DNA of 63,116 nucleotides, filler included, from Craspedostauros australis (GCA_030167865.1; 10 parts of 10 records of this genome joined end to end with filler, not necessarily neighbours in it); one strand, 5' to 3'; numbered from the whole stretch's first letter, positions 12,040 through 24,642 are shown. The notes: generated by a model not told the origin, from the letters alone. Numbers and translations: made by a program.

Positions 12040-12992
12040 TCGAGTTCTCGCAGAACGTTGGTCGTTTGGGTTGGAATACAAGGATCATAGTACTCTAGAG
12101 AGAGTAGTATAGATACCAACGGACTTTTGTTCTGATGTTGCCTACTCCGATTATGTAATACAATATGTGGACACGAGTAAGCGCGCATAGTCTTCGAACA
12201 GATTAGGCTTTGGTGAAGATGGGTCATTCTCATTGCTGGGAGGGGTTCGTTCTGTGTGCAGGAATGGCGACGCGGCGAACTCAACAACTGTCAACTTCCC
12301 GGCGTCCATGCAGGGAAGAGATCTTATCAGCAGTGCATCATTTTCACCGAAGTGGCCTCGACAGGCAGATCCGCCACAATGGGGAAACACCTGAAACTTA
12401 CCGGCCACCAACACCGCCAACAAGCTAACTCGTAACACGTTGAGTAAAAGGGGTCCCAGTTGAAGAGGGCTCAAGGGGTTATGGATTCGCGAAATAGAAC
12501 AGGTCGTCGCCAGTTCATGAGAGAGGATCAAGTGTCACTTCCTTGTGTCCACACACAACGTGAACTGGTTCCGAGGCGGCTTCCTCGGCACGCTATTTTA
12601 CGTACCATGGAGATGCTCTTCCAGTAGAGGACCCCATTCCGCGATCGGCCGTTGGTGCTTTCCTTCCCACCACCTGAGCACGACACCATCACCTCGCAGA
12701 TGGAAGTAAGGACGGAAGGAAGGAGATGGAAGAAGAGACTTGGTCAAACAAATGTATCGCGCGACACTCTCTGCCAACAACGCGCATCCCTGAATGCTCT
12801 CGTTAGGAATCGCCGACTACCATGAAGCCGCTTTCAACGCATCACGACCGCACATCTTTGCAAATCGGCGCCCATAGAGCACTTCATGATACAATAATAG
12901 TCTCAACAGCATCGTCTCATAAATATTGAGCACCGAGGATACGACTTCCAACATAAATACTCCAAGCACCGCCTTGTCAACTTACAGCAACC

Positions 12993-15900
12993 ATGATGAT
13001 CAAGCCCAGGGTGCTCTTCACTGTTGGACTTCTCCTTGTCTCCGTGGAGACGGCCACCGCAATGCTACGAGGCACCAGGAATGCGGCGGCGGCTGCGACC
13101 ACTGCAGTCGATGAATTGCACATCACCATGCGAAGCATCCGCATGCTCAAGGCCACGTATAGTGACGATCCCAATACTGATATCATCGACAATGATGTCA
13201 AGACGTCCAAGCAGACGAAGACCAATGCCTTGGAACCAGAATCGGAACCAAGTTCGGAAGCAAGCGAACCTCCGTCTTTCATTGTATCAACTTCCCCAAC
13301 CTCACCGCCGACCACTCAGCCAACGCATTCTCCCACAACTGGACCGACGAGCCTACCAACTAGTATGCCAACCTCCGAGCCAACTCTCAATCCAGCAGCC
13401 AATCCAACTGCATTCGATTCAGATGTGGCCGTCACCTGCAAGCCTGACGGTAACACTGTTCTCACACAAGAAGAGAGCCGCATCAAGACCATCGCATGCA
13501 ACGCAGCCAAGGCATCGTGCCAAGCTGCTGTCCTTGCCGTGAAGAGATCGCCGGAATTGCAGAACTATTTTGGCTGCGCAGGGAACCTCAGTGAAGGAGC
13601 AGCACGCAAACTTTTCAACAGGTACGCATCGGATAGCACGCTGGCTGCGCAACTCACATTGGTGGCCAACGGTGGGGCAATTCTAGTCACGGAGAGGCAA
13701 GACGTGATCAAGGCGGCCTGCATGGCAATCGGTATGGCCCAGTCACCACCCAACACCAATCCATGCTGCCAAGGAATATCTGGGTGCATCTCGACGACCG
13801 ATCCTGCTTCTGCTGCAACACCGTTCATGACTGTTGCCGTCAGCGCATGCACTGGTGATAGCGCGTGCAAAAACATCGGGCCTAATCCCCTCATCTTGGA
13901 TTCTTCATGCACTGGCGTGAGTGCATGCGAATCCATGAACGAGAACGATCCCGATCCTACCACTGCAGGAATCACCTTCGTTGGTGAAGTCTCATGTACG
14001 AGCGCACTATCCTGCGAGGCAGTCGGATATCGATCCTACGGAGACGTGACCATCCACAATAGCGCATGCACCGGACCAGAAGCGTGCGGTTCAGTTGGGC
14101 ACCGTGTTCCGCAATCAGCGCCATTCTTTCGATTTCGAAGTCATATCGATATTGGGTCGAATGCTTGCGTCGGGAGTCGTGCCTGCAAGGATGCCCATTC
14201 CACTGTGAATCGTGGCTCTGCCGGGAAGCTTTCAGGAAGCTTGACGATTAGCGATGGTGGCTGTGATGGCGAGGGCGCGTGCGAGAAGATGGGCTTCACT
14301 GACAGGATGCGAACGGACATCAATGTTCCTCCTGGTGGATGCAACGGGGTTGACAGGTGCAGGGGATGCATGACGAAGACCGAATGTGGAACTGATGAGG
14401 TGTACATCATTAGTGATGCCAATGGAGCCTGTCCAAAGGGAGGCGTTGAGACCAACTACAACCCAACAGGAGAGAAGGTGGACGAGTATTGTGTTGGCAA
14501 GGCCACCTTGCCCACAGACTGTCCGACCTTCTTCCCGACGCCTCTTCCCACTGTGACGCGCCGGCCCACATCTGCCCCGACCAAATCTTTCGAACCTTCC
14601 TCCATTCCTACCATATCTTCCGAGCCTTCGTTCACTCCGACCATATCCACTGAACCTTCAACTACGCCCACTGCCTCCTCTGAACCTTCATCAACTCCTT
14701 CCATATCCTCTGGACCTTCCTCCAGTCCTACAGTTTCCTCAGAACCTTCGTCCGCTCCAACGATCTCTCTGCAGCCTTCGTCTCTCCCGACCATATCTTC
14801 TGAACCTTCCTCCATTCCTACCATATCCTCTGGCCCTTCCTTCAGTCCTACAGTTTCTTCACAACCTTCATCTACTCCAACCCTTTCTTTGGGACCGTCA
14901 TCCGCTCCAACCGTATCTTCTGAACCTTCATTCGCCCCCACCATATCCTCCGAACCTTCATCGGTTCCTTCCACTGCTCCAACCGTTTTCGCTGGCATAG
15001 GGTGTCTTCAAATTCCAGGCAATGTGACCTCAATGTTCAATCCGGCTGCTGGTGACATCCTTTGTGATAGTGATACGGGCACATGCACAGACTTCGTGGC
15101 TGCAGTGGATGCCCTGTCAGACAACAAAGGGTTGATGATCAAGAGCATTTTTGCATGCGACGATTCGGTGCCTCCAGGGGTTGTGTCACAGGCGGTGGCC
15201 CAGGCACGCTTTGACAAAGTCAAGGATGATGCGGATGTGACAGCGGCCATATTGGAGACAGTGGCAACCAAGAACCTATTCACTGGCAGTGGAGCTGCTG
15301 TAACAGACGCATGTGGTGATGACTGCTGTGTGGGATCTAACGCTTGCTCGACCAGCCCTTCCGCTGGTGTGATGACAGTGAGTGAGGCGTCGTGCGATGG
15401 CGATGAGGCTTGCCTGGACGTGTTCCCTGACACCATCATCCTCAACAGTTGTAATGGAGACCTTGCTTGCAGGATATTTGGCCAGTTCACCTCAACGCAA
15501 CCGAACGCGGCTGTTAAGGTTGGATATAGGGTGATTGGACCAGGTTCATGCAACGAAGGTTCAGGTTGCGGAAGGGCCGTGCGGAACATCTTTGGCAATG
15601 TGAGAGTACAGACAGGGTCTTGCAGCGACGTTAATGCATGTTTGGACCTTGGAGTCCGCGAATCCCAAGGAGATACCACATCACCAGTCGTCGCCAACAT
15701 CTTCATTGGCAAGAATGCATGCACAGGACGCCAAGGTTGCAATGCGGTACATGCAGGAACTGGAAAGGCGCGAGGAAGCTTGACAATCGAAAATGGTGCA
15801 TGTATTGGAGACGCCGCGTGCACAAGTGCAGCCTTCAAGAATGCAGCAATCAATGACCTTGTCATCAAAGCAGGAGTTTGCGATGCCAGTGAAGCCAGCA

Positions 15901-16013
15901 AATGTTTCGGATGTGTTCGGAAAGACATGTGTAATGGAGATCCTACACTCACGTACACCATCGCAGACGCAACGACCGACTGCAGTGGACCAAACCCTCT
16001 CGCCTGCAGTTAA
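12993..16013 (+). CDS. Secreted mucin-like glycoprotein with two paralogous Cys-rich domains and Pro/Thr/Ser repeats
   Basis: Signal peptide, LRG and RML propeptide-like motifs, repeated (S/A)CxGxxAC units in two domains, central P(T/S)ISSEPSS repeats, no C-terminal TM segment. Confidence 0.85.
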   Translation: MMIKPRVLFTVGLLLVSVETATAMLRGTRNAAAAATTAVDELHITMRSIRMLKATYSDDPNTDIIDNDVKTSKQTKTNALEPESEPSSEASEPPSFIVSTSPTSPPTTQPTHSPTTGPTSLPTSMPTSEPTLNPAANPTAFDSDVAVTCKPDGNTVLTQEESRIKTIACNAAKASCQAAVLAVKRSPELQNYFGCAGNLSEGAARKLFNRYASDSTLAAQLTLVANGGAILVTERQDVIKAACMAIGMAQSPPNTNPCCQGISGCISTTDPASAATPFMTVAVSACTGDSACKNIGPNPLILDSSCTGVSACESMNENDPDPTTAGITFVGEVSCTSALSCEAVGYRSYGDVTIHNSACTGPEACGSVGHRVPQSAPFFRFRSHIDIGSNACVGSRACKDAHSTVNRGSAGKLSGSLTISDGGCDGEGACEKMGFTDRMRTDINVPPGGCNGVDRCRGCMTKTECGTDEVYIISDANGACPKGGVETNYNPTGEKVDEYCVGKATLPTDCPTFFPTPLPTVTRRPTSAPTKSFEPSSIPTISSEPSFTPTISTEPSTTPTASSEPSSTPSISSGPSSSPTVSSEPSSAPTISLQPSSLPTISSEPSSIPTISSGPSFSPTVSSQPSSTPTLSLGPSSAPTVSSEPSFAPTISSEPSSVPSTAPTVFAGIGCLQIPGNVTSMFNPAAGDILCDSDTGTCTDFVAAVDALSDNKGLMIKSIFACDDSVPPGVVSQAVAQARFDKVKDDADVTAAILETVATKNLFTGSGAAVTDACGDDCCVGSNACSTSPSAGVMTVSEASCDGDEACLDVFPDTIILNSCNGDLACRIFGQFTSTQPNAAVKVGYRVIGPGSCNEGSGCGRAVRNIFGNVRVQTGSCSDVNACLDLGVRESQGDTTSPVVANIFIGKNACTGRQGCNAVHAGTGKARGSLTIENGACIGDAACTSAAFKNAAINDLVIKAGVCDASEASKCFGCVRKDMCNGDPTLTYTIADATTDCSGPNPLACS
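14592..14970 (+). repeat. Coding 30-bp tandem repeat (~13 copies of an EPSSxPTISS-type decapeptide)
   Basis: Visible in both DNA and translation. Confidence 0.9.
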
Positions 16014-17953
16014 GCATGCTGACAAGTTCATCGAAATACATACAATAAATGATCAGAGCATTGGACTTTACTATGCAACTCTCTGGAGAAGCCGTCAGTC
16101 TCTACTCTCTACTTGTAGAGTGCTTCATCGGTGAACGCAGAGTAGTGTGTCCATTCTGCTCTCCATAACAAGTTATTGTTTGGTACGCACTCGTGCGAAC
16201 TGGTAGAGGACGCGATGCTGCAGTCCATCTTCGGCAGATACTGTCAGCAGAATCTGGATCGTCTCCGTGGTCCAGAGAGTGCTTTGTCCGACGCTTCCGA
16301 TCTCTCTCTCTCTTTCCAGAGGTTTCGATTGAGATTTCCAATTGGAGCTTCGACTGCGATACCACTTCGTATTCTTCGTTCGAGTCCCTCGATACTCGTA
16401 CAATACATAGTTCAGTCAATAGTGCTCGACCATGATTGGAACACTTCCGAGGTCGATCGAGAGAGACCCTTCGCGACATCCTCAAGCGGGCTTGCCGATT
16501 TGGAAACTTCGGATATATTGACCGATCAGATCAGACAAGTACGTGGATGGATTCGATTTGAAAGCCGAGCTGGCATCGATGATGTCCCATCGTACCGATG
16601 CTGCGGGGGTGTTCAATGGTAATATCTCTGTTCGATCTCTTTGGCTCAGATTCTCTGTCTGGCGCGGGTTGAGTGATGGGGGATGTGGTACTTTATGTAA
16701 GCAGTCACTCTGGGTGGAAAGCTTGCGGATGCTTCCTTCTGCGAAGTGTGGGACCATTATCAGCACCATGACCGTCGTTATCGCTGTCGTCGTGGCCATC
16801 ATCCCGTGAAGGAGATCGACCTATCTTTCGATTGATCTGAGATGCATGACCGCTCTCGTCAGCTATGACCCATGGCATAGTATGGTTGAGAAGAGGCTGC
16901 TGCTGAGTCTACCAAATGGCATGCAGTCTTTGCGCGCAGTGCAAGGTGTGATGATGAAATCATATAAATGGTTGAAGCCATTGCCTTTGACCTGCTTGCG
17001 AAGGAGCTTGTGGGATCGTGGAGCACTCGATGCTTTGTTGAAGATGGTCGGACACTATTGTACCAGTTCGATTGGAGGTGGAACCGAATTTCTCATCGTA
17101 TTGGTACATGGCCATCAACATGAAGCCTTAGCAAAGCCATCATCATGTTGTGCAGCAAGAGCCGGCTCCCAGCATGGCACCCTCTCCTTGGATGGAGAAC
17201 GGGCGACAGTGTGTTGGAGATGGTTGATTTGTGATTTGTGGCGCCAGAATCCAGGAACACGAAATGGAGCGTCGTTGAAGATCTTCTGTGACGACTTCCC
17301 AAACGTGCATGAGTGTTTTCGATCTGATTCGCTTGGTCCGCCCGTCCATACGTTGTGGACAATCGCATCACAAGAAAGGAAGGAATTCTGCCATCCTCCA
17401 ATCACAACACAGTCGTGTCAAGGTTGCCATAATTCTCAACAACAAGAGAAGATGCAACGAACAAGGAATCTGTAGGCCATTCGTGGTGGTTGATTCGTGG
17501 GAGGTTTGCACGAGGCGGATGCGTGTTGGGCGAGTGTTCTTTTTATGCGTTGTTCGTTGGTCGTTGGTCATCGCCAGAAAAGAATCGCCACCATTGTGGC
17601 TCTGTGCACAACACGCACAAACACACACACACAGGCGTGAATGTGCCACTTGTGCGAGTATGAGTGTTTGTGTCAACTCTGCATCCAACTGGTTCGTTGC
17701 GGAAGACCACGATCTATCTCATTATCACCTCTCTCTGCCTCTCTTTCTCTTGATTGCCCTCAGGAGTAGATCTCTTCACGATCAGAAGCAATGGTATCAA
17801 CAACGACGCAGACACACATACCAAACTCGTTATAATATATATTGCATAATAACAGTTGACAGCAAGAACGGAAAGCAACAGTTGAACAACAGGAGAGCGA
17901 AGGCAAAGGAAACGAACTGAAGCGAAGCGCGAACTGGAGCACGCAAAAGGAGG

Positions 17954-19296
17954 ATGAATGCGACCGTTGGGTCATCAACGATGTTGCCGCTTCATTTGGA
18001 GGCACAGCTTCGGAAGGGACAAGAGCATCAACAGCATCAACAGCAACATGGCGCTGGAATGGACGAGGGACAACCATCGATGATGGAAGCAGGGGATTCC
18101 GCGGGCAATCCGCAGGATGTGATGGATCAGCCATCCGCAGTTGCGGCCACCACGGCGAATGGCCCACTTGTACATTGTGAGCAGGGACTTGAGCAGCGTC
18201 TCAAACACAACGAGGTCCTTCGCCACAAACTGGCCAAGCTGCGGCAGCAACGCGCGCAGTTGCAGTCACTGGAACATCAGCTGGACACGTCCTCTCAGCA
18301 GCTGCATCACCAACTTTACGTCCGGCAGCAGGAGCAGATGGAGACCTGCCAACGCTACCACAGCGTGGTCAAGCAGCTGCAGCAGCTCCATGGATTCCAG
18401 CAACGCGCAAAGATGTGGAACGTGCTCAACGATTGCTTTCCCATTTGGCATTCCGGTCCCTTTGGCACCATCAATGGCTACCGGTTGGGTCTGGAGGCAC
18501 CTCCCATGCCTGCCATCATTCGTCAGGACTTTCACGGCGGATACGGTGGCGACGGCTTTCACAGCTCTGGTGGGACCATGATGACTGTCAGCAAGTCGAT
18601 CGGCGGCGGTTCTCCAAACGCCAACGCAGATTCCAACGCGAGTGCAAGCGCAAGTGCAAGCGCAAGTGCAAGCAATTCATCTCAGTCGCACCCAAACCAG
18701 CCTCCGACACAGCCGCGCAGGTACCTCTTCTTCTCCTCTTCCTCCGCTTCGGTGGCACCGGAGCCTGCGACACGTGCGGCCATGGACTCGACGACATCGT
18801 CTGCATCGACATCCATGTCACCCTTCTCGATGTTGCAGGGAGGCAACTCGTCGGTGGCGCCCATCAAAACTGTGCCGCAGCTCACCATGGTCACCATATC
18901 TTGGAACGAGATCAACGCGGCGCTGGGACAGGTCGTCTTCCTGCTGCAGATCCTGCAGGAGCGATCCACCATCCGCTACATGCACGACCTGCACCCCATG
19001 GGCAGCACCAGCAGGATCGGCATCCGGTTCCAATCCAACGCCCAGAAGCCATCCGTTTACAACCTCTATTACCAGGACACCTCCTTCTCTCTCTTCGGCA
19101 GACGCAACTTCAATATCGCGCTGCACGCCATGATGCAATGCATCCACGACGCCGCCAGCGTCATCCATCAACGCGATCGCACCATCATACTGCCGCACTC
19201 CGTGCAGAAGGCACCCAGCAACGAATTCCGCGTTGGTGGGTTGTCCGTATCCTACACCGGAAGCAACGGTGTGGAATGGACCCGCGTCATGAAGTA
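17954..19296 (+). CDS. ATG6: Beclin-1/ATG6/VPS30 (3' end lost in assembly gap)
   Basis: Coiled coil followed by APG6/BARA motifs NVLNDCFPIWHSGPFGTINGYRLG, WNEINAALGQ, EWTRVMK. Confidence 0.9.
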
Positions 19297-19396
19297 NNNN
19301 NNNNNNNNNNNNNNNNNNNNNNNNNNNNNNNNNNNNNNNNTTAATTAATTAANNNNNNNNNNNNNNNNNNNNNNNNNNNNNNNNNNNNNNNNNNNN
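19297..19396. other. Artificial contig linker N44-TTAATTAATTAA-N44 (also at 20462-20561, 28418-28517, 34256-34355, 35538-35637, 49142-49241, 56509-56608, 58202-58301, 59401-59500)
   Basis: Nine identical 100-nt spacers with stop codons in all six frames. Confidence 0.98.
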
Positions 19397-20461
19397 GTTC
19401 CTTCCATCGAGGATGAAGTTGTCTCTTTCGGTGTACTGGTCACATTGGGCCAGGTATGCGAGTTGGTTGGCTTCTGTTGCTGTGAGATTGCAGGCAAAAG
19501 AGATGGATGTCGTATCCCATGGGATGTTCGTGTTGCACCCTGGTGGGTTGTGCCTCGGGTTCCCTGGATGGTTTGTTAGGGTGGGTACTCTTTGCGGTGG
19601 CGCGGTGTTCACGCCTGTCGTGACTGGATCCGCTGCGATGGTCTGGATTATGGATCTGATCNNNNNNNNNNNNNNNNNNNNNNNNNNNNNNNNNNNNNNN
19701 NNNNNNNNNNNNNNNNNNNNNNNNNTGTTTTGCTTGGTCCTCTTATTCCCTCCCCTTTCTTCGGGGCCGTCATCCATGCGTTGGTATGATGGTGGTCCCG
19801 ACGAACACGGAAGATACGAAGACCCTGGGTCAGAGTCTCGCCTGTCGGGCGTATCGCGGTCTGTTCGCGGATTGTCCTTCTCGGTGGCACGCGTCGTGGG
19901 TGCCTTCGCTATCCGCTTGGTTAGCGTTTGGGATCGGGTGACGGGTCCTGTGTTCCGTGCCTCCCCTGAGTCAGGGATCCCGGTGGGTCGCGTCAGTTTG
20001 TCGGTCTTGTTCTCCCATGCCCGCGGGTGTGTCGTCTTGGCCGTCGCTGCATACCCTCTTTTCGGTGGGGTCTTGGTCTTCCACCCTTGTGGGTACCGGA
20101 CAGTTCCAGCGGGGTCCGTGTGCTGGGGTTATCCGCCTCGGGGTCCATGTCTTGGTCGAAGGTGACGCACCTGTTGTTGTTTATACCCTTCCGGAAGGGG
20201 CGGACCACGCTCCGTACCAGTACTCGTCTGGATTCATCGTCCAGCACGTGGTAGGTGAGGAAGTTCCCATGGGACTCTGCCACGCCGAGCCAGTATCCTG
20301 ACTTCTCCTTCGAGTTCGGGAAGGCAGCGTTGGGGTCATGGTACAAGATCTTCTCGTAGAATTGGAAGGTCAAGAGAGCAGAGATGTCGACGGTTTCTCC
20401 GTGTCGTACGGTGTATGGGATTGCGTATCGTAGGGACGGGTCTGATGTGTGGTTGTGCACG
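19397..20461 (-). mobile_element. Diatom-type Ty1/copia (CoDi-like) pol fragment, integrase C-terminal region
   Basis: TVDISALLTFQFYEKILY...FPNSKEKSGYWLGVAESHGNFLTYHVL...LVRSVVRP resembles the post-core integrase region of diatom copia elements; isolated small contig. Confidence 0.75.
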
Positions 20462-20561
20462 NNNNNNNNNNNNNNNNNNNNNNNNNNNNNNNNNNNNNNN
20501 NNNNNTTAATTAATTAANNNNNNNNNNNNNNNNNNNNNNNNNNNNNNNNNNNNNNNNNNNN

Positions 20562-20616
20562 ACGACTCATCACGAGTAAAACTCAAAAAAACACTCCACA
20601 ACTAGTGCTATCGCGA
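20562..20616. repeat. Dispersed repeat (probable DNA-transposon terminus), copy 1
   Basis: Near-identical to 35843-35896; lies at a contig edge. Confidence 0.75.
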
Positions 20617-21543
20617 CACCGTTTTACATTGAGTGCAGGTCGTAGCACCACAGAGTATGGAATTACGAGACTTGATCCCATGCAGAATGGGAGATCGCAG
20701 AGCGCAGTATCATCGGCACTTGGTTTGGGAAGAATGAGAGTAACGATGACATCATCGTTTCACAGAGAAGGCGCGTGCATGTTCCCCAGGCAGGATTTGA
20801 TCGTTCAAGATCTCACACATCATGCCGATTTCTCGTTCGGTTTTATCGATGACTTTCTCGCGAACGATGACGGGAAAACTCTTTGGGGGCGTTGTTCTGT
20901 GACAATTTGGCAAGATTGTTAAGTGACTTCGCACGAGCCATTGTAATTGGTGGGAATCGAAGAGGACCCCCCGCAAGAATCGTGCTCGGAACGTAATTCA
21001 GGGGCGGCACAGGGAGACGACAACACAGAACGGTCACGTTTGTCTCGTTCGTGCGAAAATCGGTTGTGCATATCTTTGCCGGTTAACTTCTTCTCTTTTC
21101 GGGTTGTGCACAACCCAGGTTGTTGTGGAGAGGGCACACGAAGTCATGCAAAGGAAGAACGAGACCACGTCGGACCTCCCCTGCCAACGCTGCCTCATTT
21201 GCGTTGCTTCGATCATCTTTGCCGAAAACAAGAACAGCAGCAGCAACGACAAATACACACTCTCTCTCACTCCCTCATCGAACGACCTCTCGAGGAATGC
21301 AGGTGACACAACATCGAAAAAGTGCAAAAGTTGCTTCCTTGAATTCTGAAGTCTGCAGTCTGAAGCCGACGATCCACACTGAACAAGAAAGATCGCGTGG
21401 AGCCAAAGCGAACAATAGGCCGTACCAATTGAGCAGAGCAGAGGTGAGCAGGAAGCAACCAACCCCTCGACGAAAATCAACGAGGGACAGGATCAGAGAA
21501 ACCGCACAGACCAGAGGACTCTGCGATATTTGCAACCAGCAAG

Positions 21544-24142
21544 ATGGACAACACAGTGGCAACCATCTCCACCAACGACAGCATCGCTGGCGATACCTAC
21601 GACCCGGAGCTCAATGCGGGCGATGACCATGATCAGCTTCCTTCCGTGGAGGAGTACAAGGCCAACATGATCCCCGGGGCAATCTCATCGGGCGATTCCG
21701 CCGTTTCCAACTTTGAAATCGGCGACGACGACGATGGCCCAAATGGCAACGACGGCAACCAGCTTCCCTGTGTCGATGAGTACAAAGTGTCCATGGCCGT
21801 CTCCGGCGCGGGCGCAGGTGTTTTTGCTGCCGCTGGCGGCAACGATGATGCTGCTGTTGCTGCTGCAACCGGCGAAGAAAGATCACCGTCTAGGCGCCGC
21901 GGCATGCTTCCTCTCATTTGTCTGGGCGCCGTCTTCCTGGTGGCCGCCATCATCCCGCTGGCCATCATCCTGCCCAAGTCGGATGACAATTCCAGCCGCA
22001 GCAGCGTTGCCGACAGCGACGACGTCGAACAAGTGAAGCTGCGCGAACAACCACTTCCGATAGAAGACGTCTTGTCCCACCTCGTCGAATTTGCCGCGAC
22101 GCCGGAGTCCATTCTGAGAACGGAAGGCACGCCGCAGAACCTGGCCGCCAAATGGATTGCCGAGACGGACCTGTACGACATCGAGATGGACGGCGGCAAC
22201 GAACACAGCTACTTCATCCAACGTTACTCCCTGGCCGTTCTCTACTTTGCCACGGACGGTGCCAACTGGGACTACGGCATGAACTTCCTCAAACCCACCA
22301 GCGTGTGCAACTGGAATCAGCTCTTCCGAAGCGGACTGAATCGCTACCGTCTGGGAGTCTACTCTTGTCGCGAAAATGACAGCATCGTTCGTCTTGGTCT
22401 GCGTAAGTGCTGCCATGCGTGTATTGTATTCACTACATGTAATGATCGCCTCGTTGCGAGTGGGCTCAAAGACACTTGCCTGCAAAATGTGCCTTGCTCT
22501 TGTTCATGCCGCCTGCCTCATCTTCATGCTCACGGTTACCTTCCTACCCTCGCAAATCTCCCAACCATCCCACTCACCATTCCCATCATTGACACCGCGA
22601 CATGCCACTCCACAACACGTCTCCAACTTCGCCTTCTATACATGCATGCTCGTGCGACTGCAGCCCAAAACGGACTCTCTGGTTCGATTCCAGACGAGAT
22701 CATGCACCTCGACCAGATGGACGCATTGATCATGCCATGGAACCTTAACCTCACGAGCACCATCCCAACCACGCTGTCTGCACTCACGGACCTCAAGACC
22801 ATCGACTTGGGATACTGCGGTCTCACTGGAGAGATCCCATCGATGCTTTCGTCACTCACCCAGCTCACGGCTCTCACTCTTGGCAACAATTACATGGACG
22901 GCACAGTCCCGTACGAATCCTTGCCCAAGATGGTTGATCTCAGTCTCGACGACAACGGCTTCACAGGCGATATCAACGAGTTCAACGGCATGATGCCAGA
23001 CCTCAAATACCTCTACCTCGAAGACAACGGCTTCGACGGCAAGCTCAACAACGACCTCATCCAGTACTGGGGAAAGACAGTCATCGAACTCGACATCAGC
23101 GACAACGACTTCGCGGAGGATCTCCCCGCTGATCTCTTCAGTCCGGACAACGCCTTCGTGATCATGGATCTGCACGGCAACCAGTTCTCGGGCGTCATCC
23201 CAACGTTGCAGCAGGAGAACACGAAGTTGAGATTCCTGGCGATGCATGAAAACAAGCTGGATGGATTCGTGCCGGCGTCGCTGAACAAGCTGGTCAAGCT
23301 CGCGCATTTGGACATTTCGAGGAATGAGCTGGAGGGATCGCTGCCTTCGGCGTTGGGCGACCTCTCCTTGCTGCGGTACCTGCACACCTCCGATAACTCC
23401 TTCACGGCCGCCCCCATGCCCGAATTCATTGCCAGGCTCACATCCTTGCGAGAGCTGTCCATGAAGCACAACAAAATCAAGGGCCAGATTCCGACATGGA
23501 TCGGAAACTTGACGTCCGTGCAGTTGTTGGATTTGGATTCGAACGAGTTGGAAGGCCCGATTCCAAGCGAGCTTGGATTGATCTTGGGTCTGGTCCATCT
23601 GCTGTTGAATCGCAATGAGCTCACCGGCGAGATTCCAGACGAAGTGAAGAAGCTGTACGATCTTGGTAAGTGAAGAATGCAGCATGCAACTGAGATGAAA
23701 GTGGCAGCGCAATGCTTAGCTGTGCGGTTGGACTGAGTGCAAAACGCGGGCATGGAACAAACGTTGCCTGGCGAATTTGCCTGTCATTTTCACACGCCAC
23801 GTCGCACCATGCTCACACTCACACTCGCTATGTCTTTGCATCATGATCGCCACACCAACAGACGTCGTCATGCTGGACCACAACGAGATCAATGGAACGC
23901 TCAACTTCTTCTGCGACGATCCCAAATTCGATAAGTTCGCGATCCTCACCAGCGACTGCAAGGGTGCCAACAAGGAGATCACGTGCGATTGCTGCACTCT
24001 TTGCTGCGAGGCATCCGATCTTACTTGCAACCAATACGAATACTTCGTCAATCTGGACCCAATTCGGGAGTACGGCTACAACCGACGTGTGCACTCGTAC
24101 TCCATCAAAGCAACTCCTGTTGGGGGCGGCGGTGGTGTGTAG
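21544..24142 (+). CDS. Type II membrane leucine-rich-repeat protein (diatom LRR family), exons 21544-22402, 22664-23665, 23862-24142
   Basis: Acidic N-tail, one TM helix, PQNLAAKWI...IQRYSLAVLYFATDGANW cap, many LxxLxLxxNxLxGxIP repeats, C-terminal SDC...CDCCTLCC; two GTAAGT...CAG introns. Confidence 0.9.
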
Positions 24143-24642
24143 GCGGTGGAAGCGTACGGTACGCGTCGATCACACAGTTGGCGAGGCATGCACAGCCTCG
24201 TGCCTGGCAGCTGCAGTTAAGTCTGTCCTGCGATTGAATCAATATTACTCATATATATTATACTATACTATTGTTATGCATCTTATCTCATCCGTTCCAT
24301 GTCGCAACCCACTGGGGTGCTCGTAGATGACACAACTGTTGTCACTACGAACACGGAAGCGCGGTGTTCCCGCCAACAGCATGAATCCCGAGATATGGCG
24401 TCCCACCACAACGAGCTTTTTGGAACAAGCGGCAATGTCTTGATCAATAATATTATATATTATAACATATTTGCACGCTTAGGGATGATGTGCCCTACGC
24501 CAGTGCATACAACGACTTCAGGACTGCTGCCATGTGATTGCGATCGTCTTCTTGCTGCTGCTCTCTACACAGAGCATGCATGCATGTCTGCAAAAGACTG
24601 CCTATCTCCGGAGGTAAGAAGCAAGGAGCGCCGAACCCAACT

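Noticed and set aside
14592..14970. Regularly spaced repeats as a CRISPR-like array
   Set aside because: Degenerate in-frame coding repeats with no unique spacers, in a eukaryotic gene.
16100..17500. Several 100-200 aa ORFs between the mucin-like gene and ATG6
   Set aside because: No recognisable motif or consistent frame; may be a decayed gene, but I cannot support a call.
22681..22691. GGTTCGATTCC resembling a tRNA T-loop/B-box
   Set aside because: Encodes GSIP of an LRR repeat; no cloverleaf around it.
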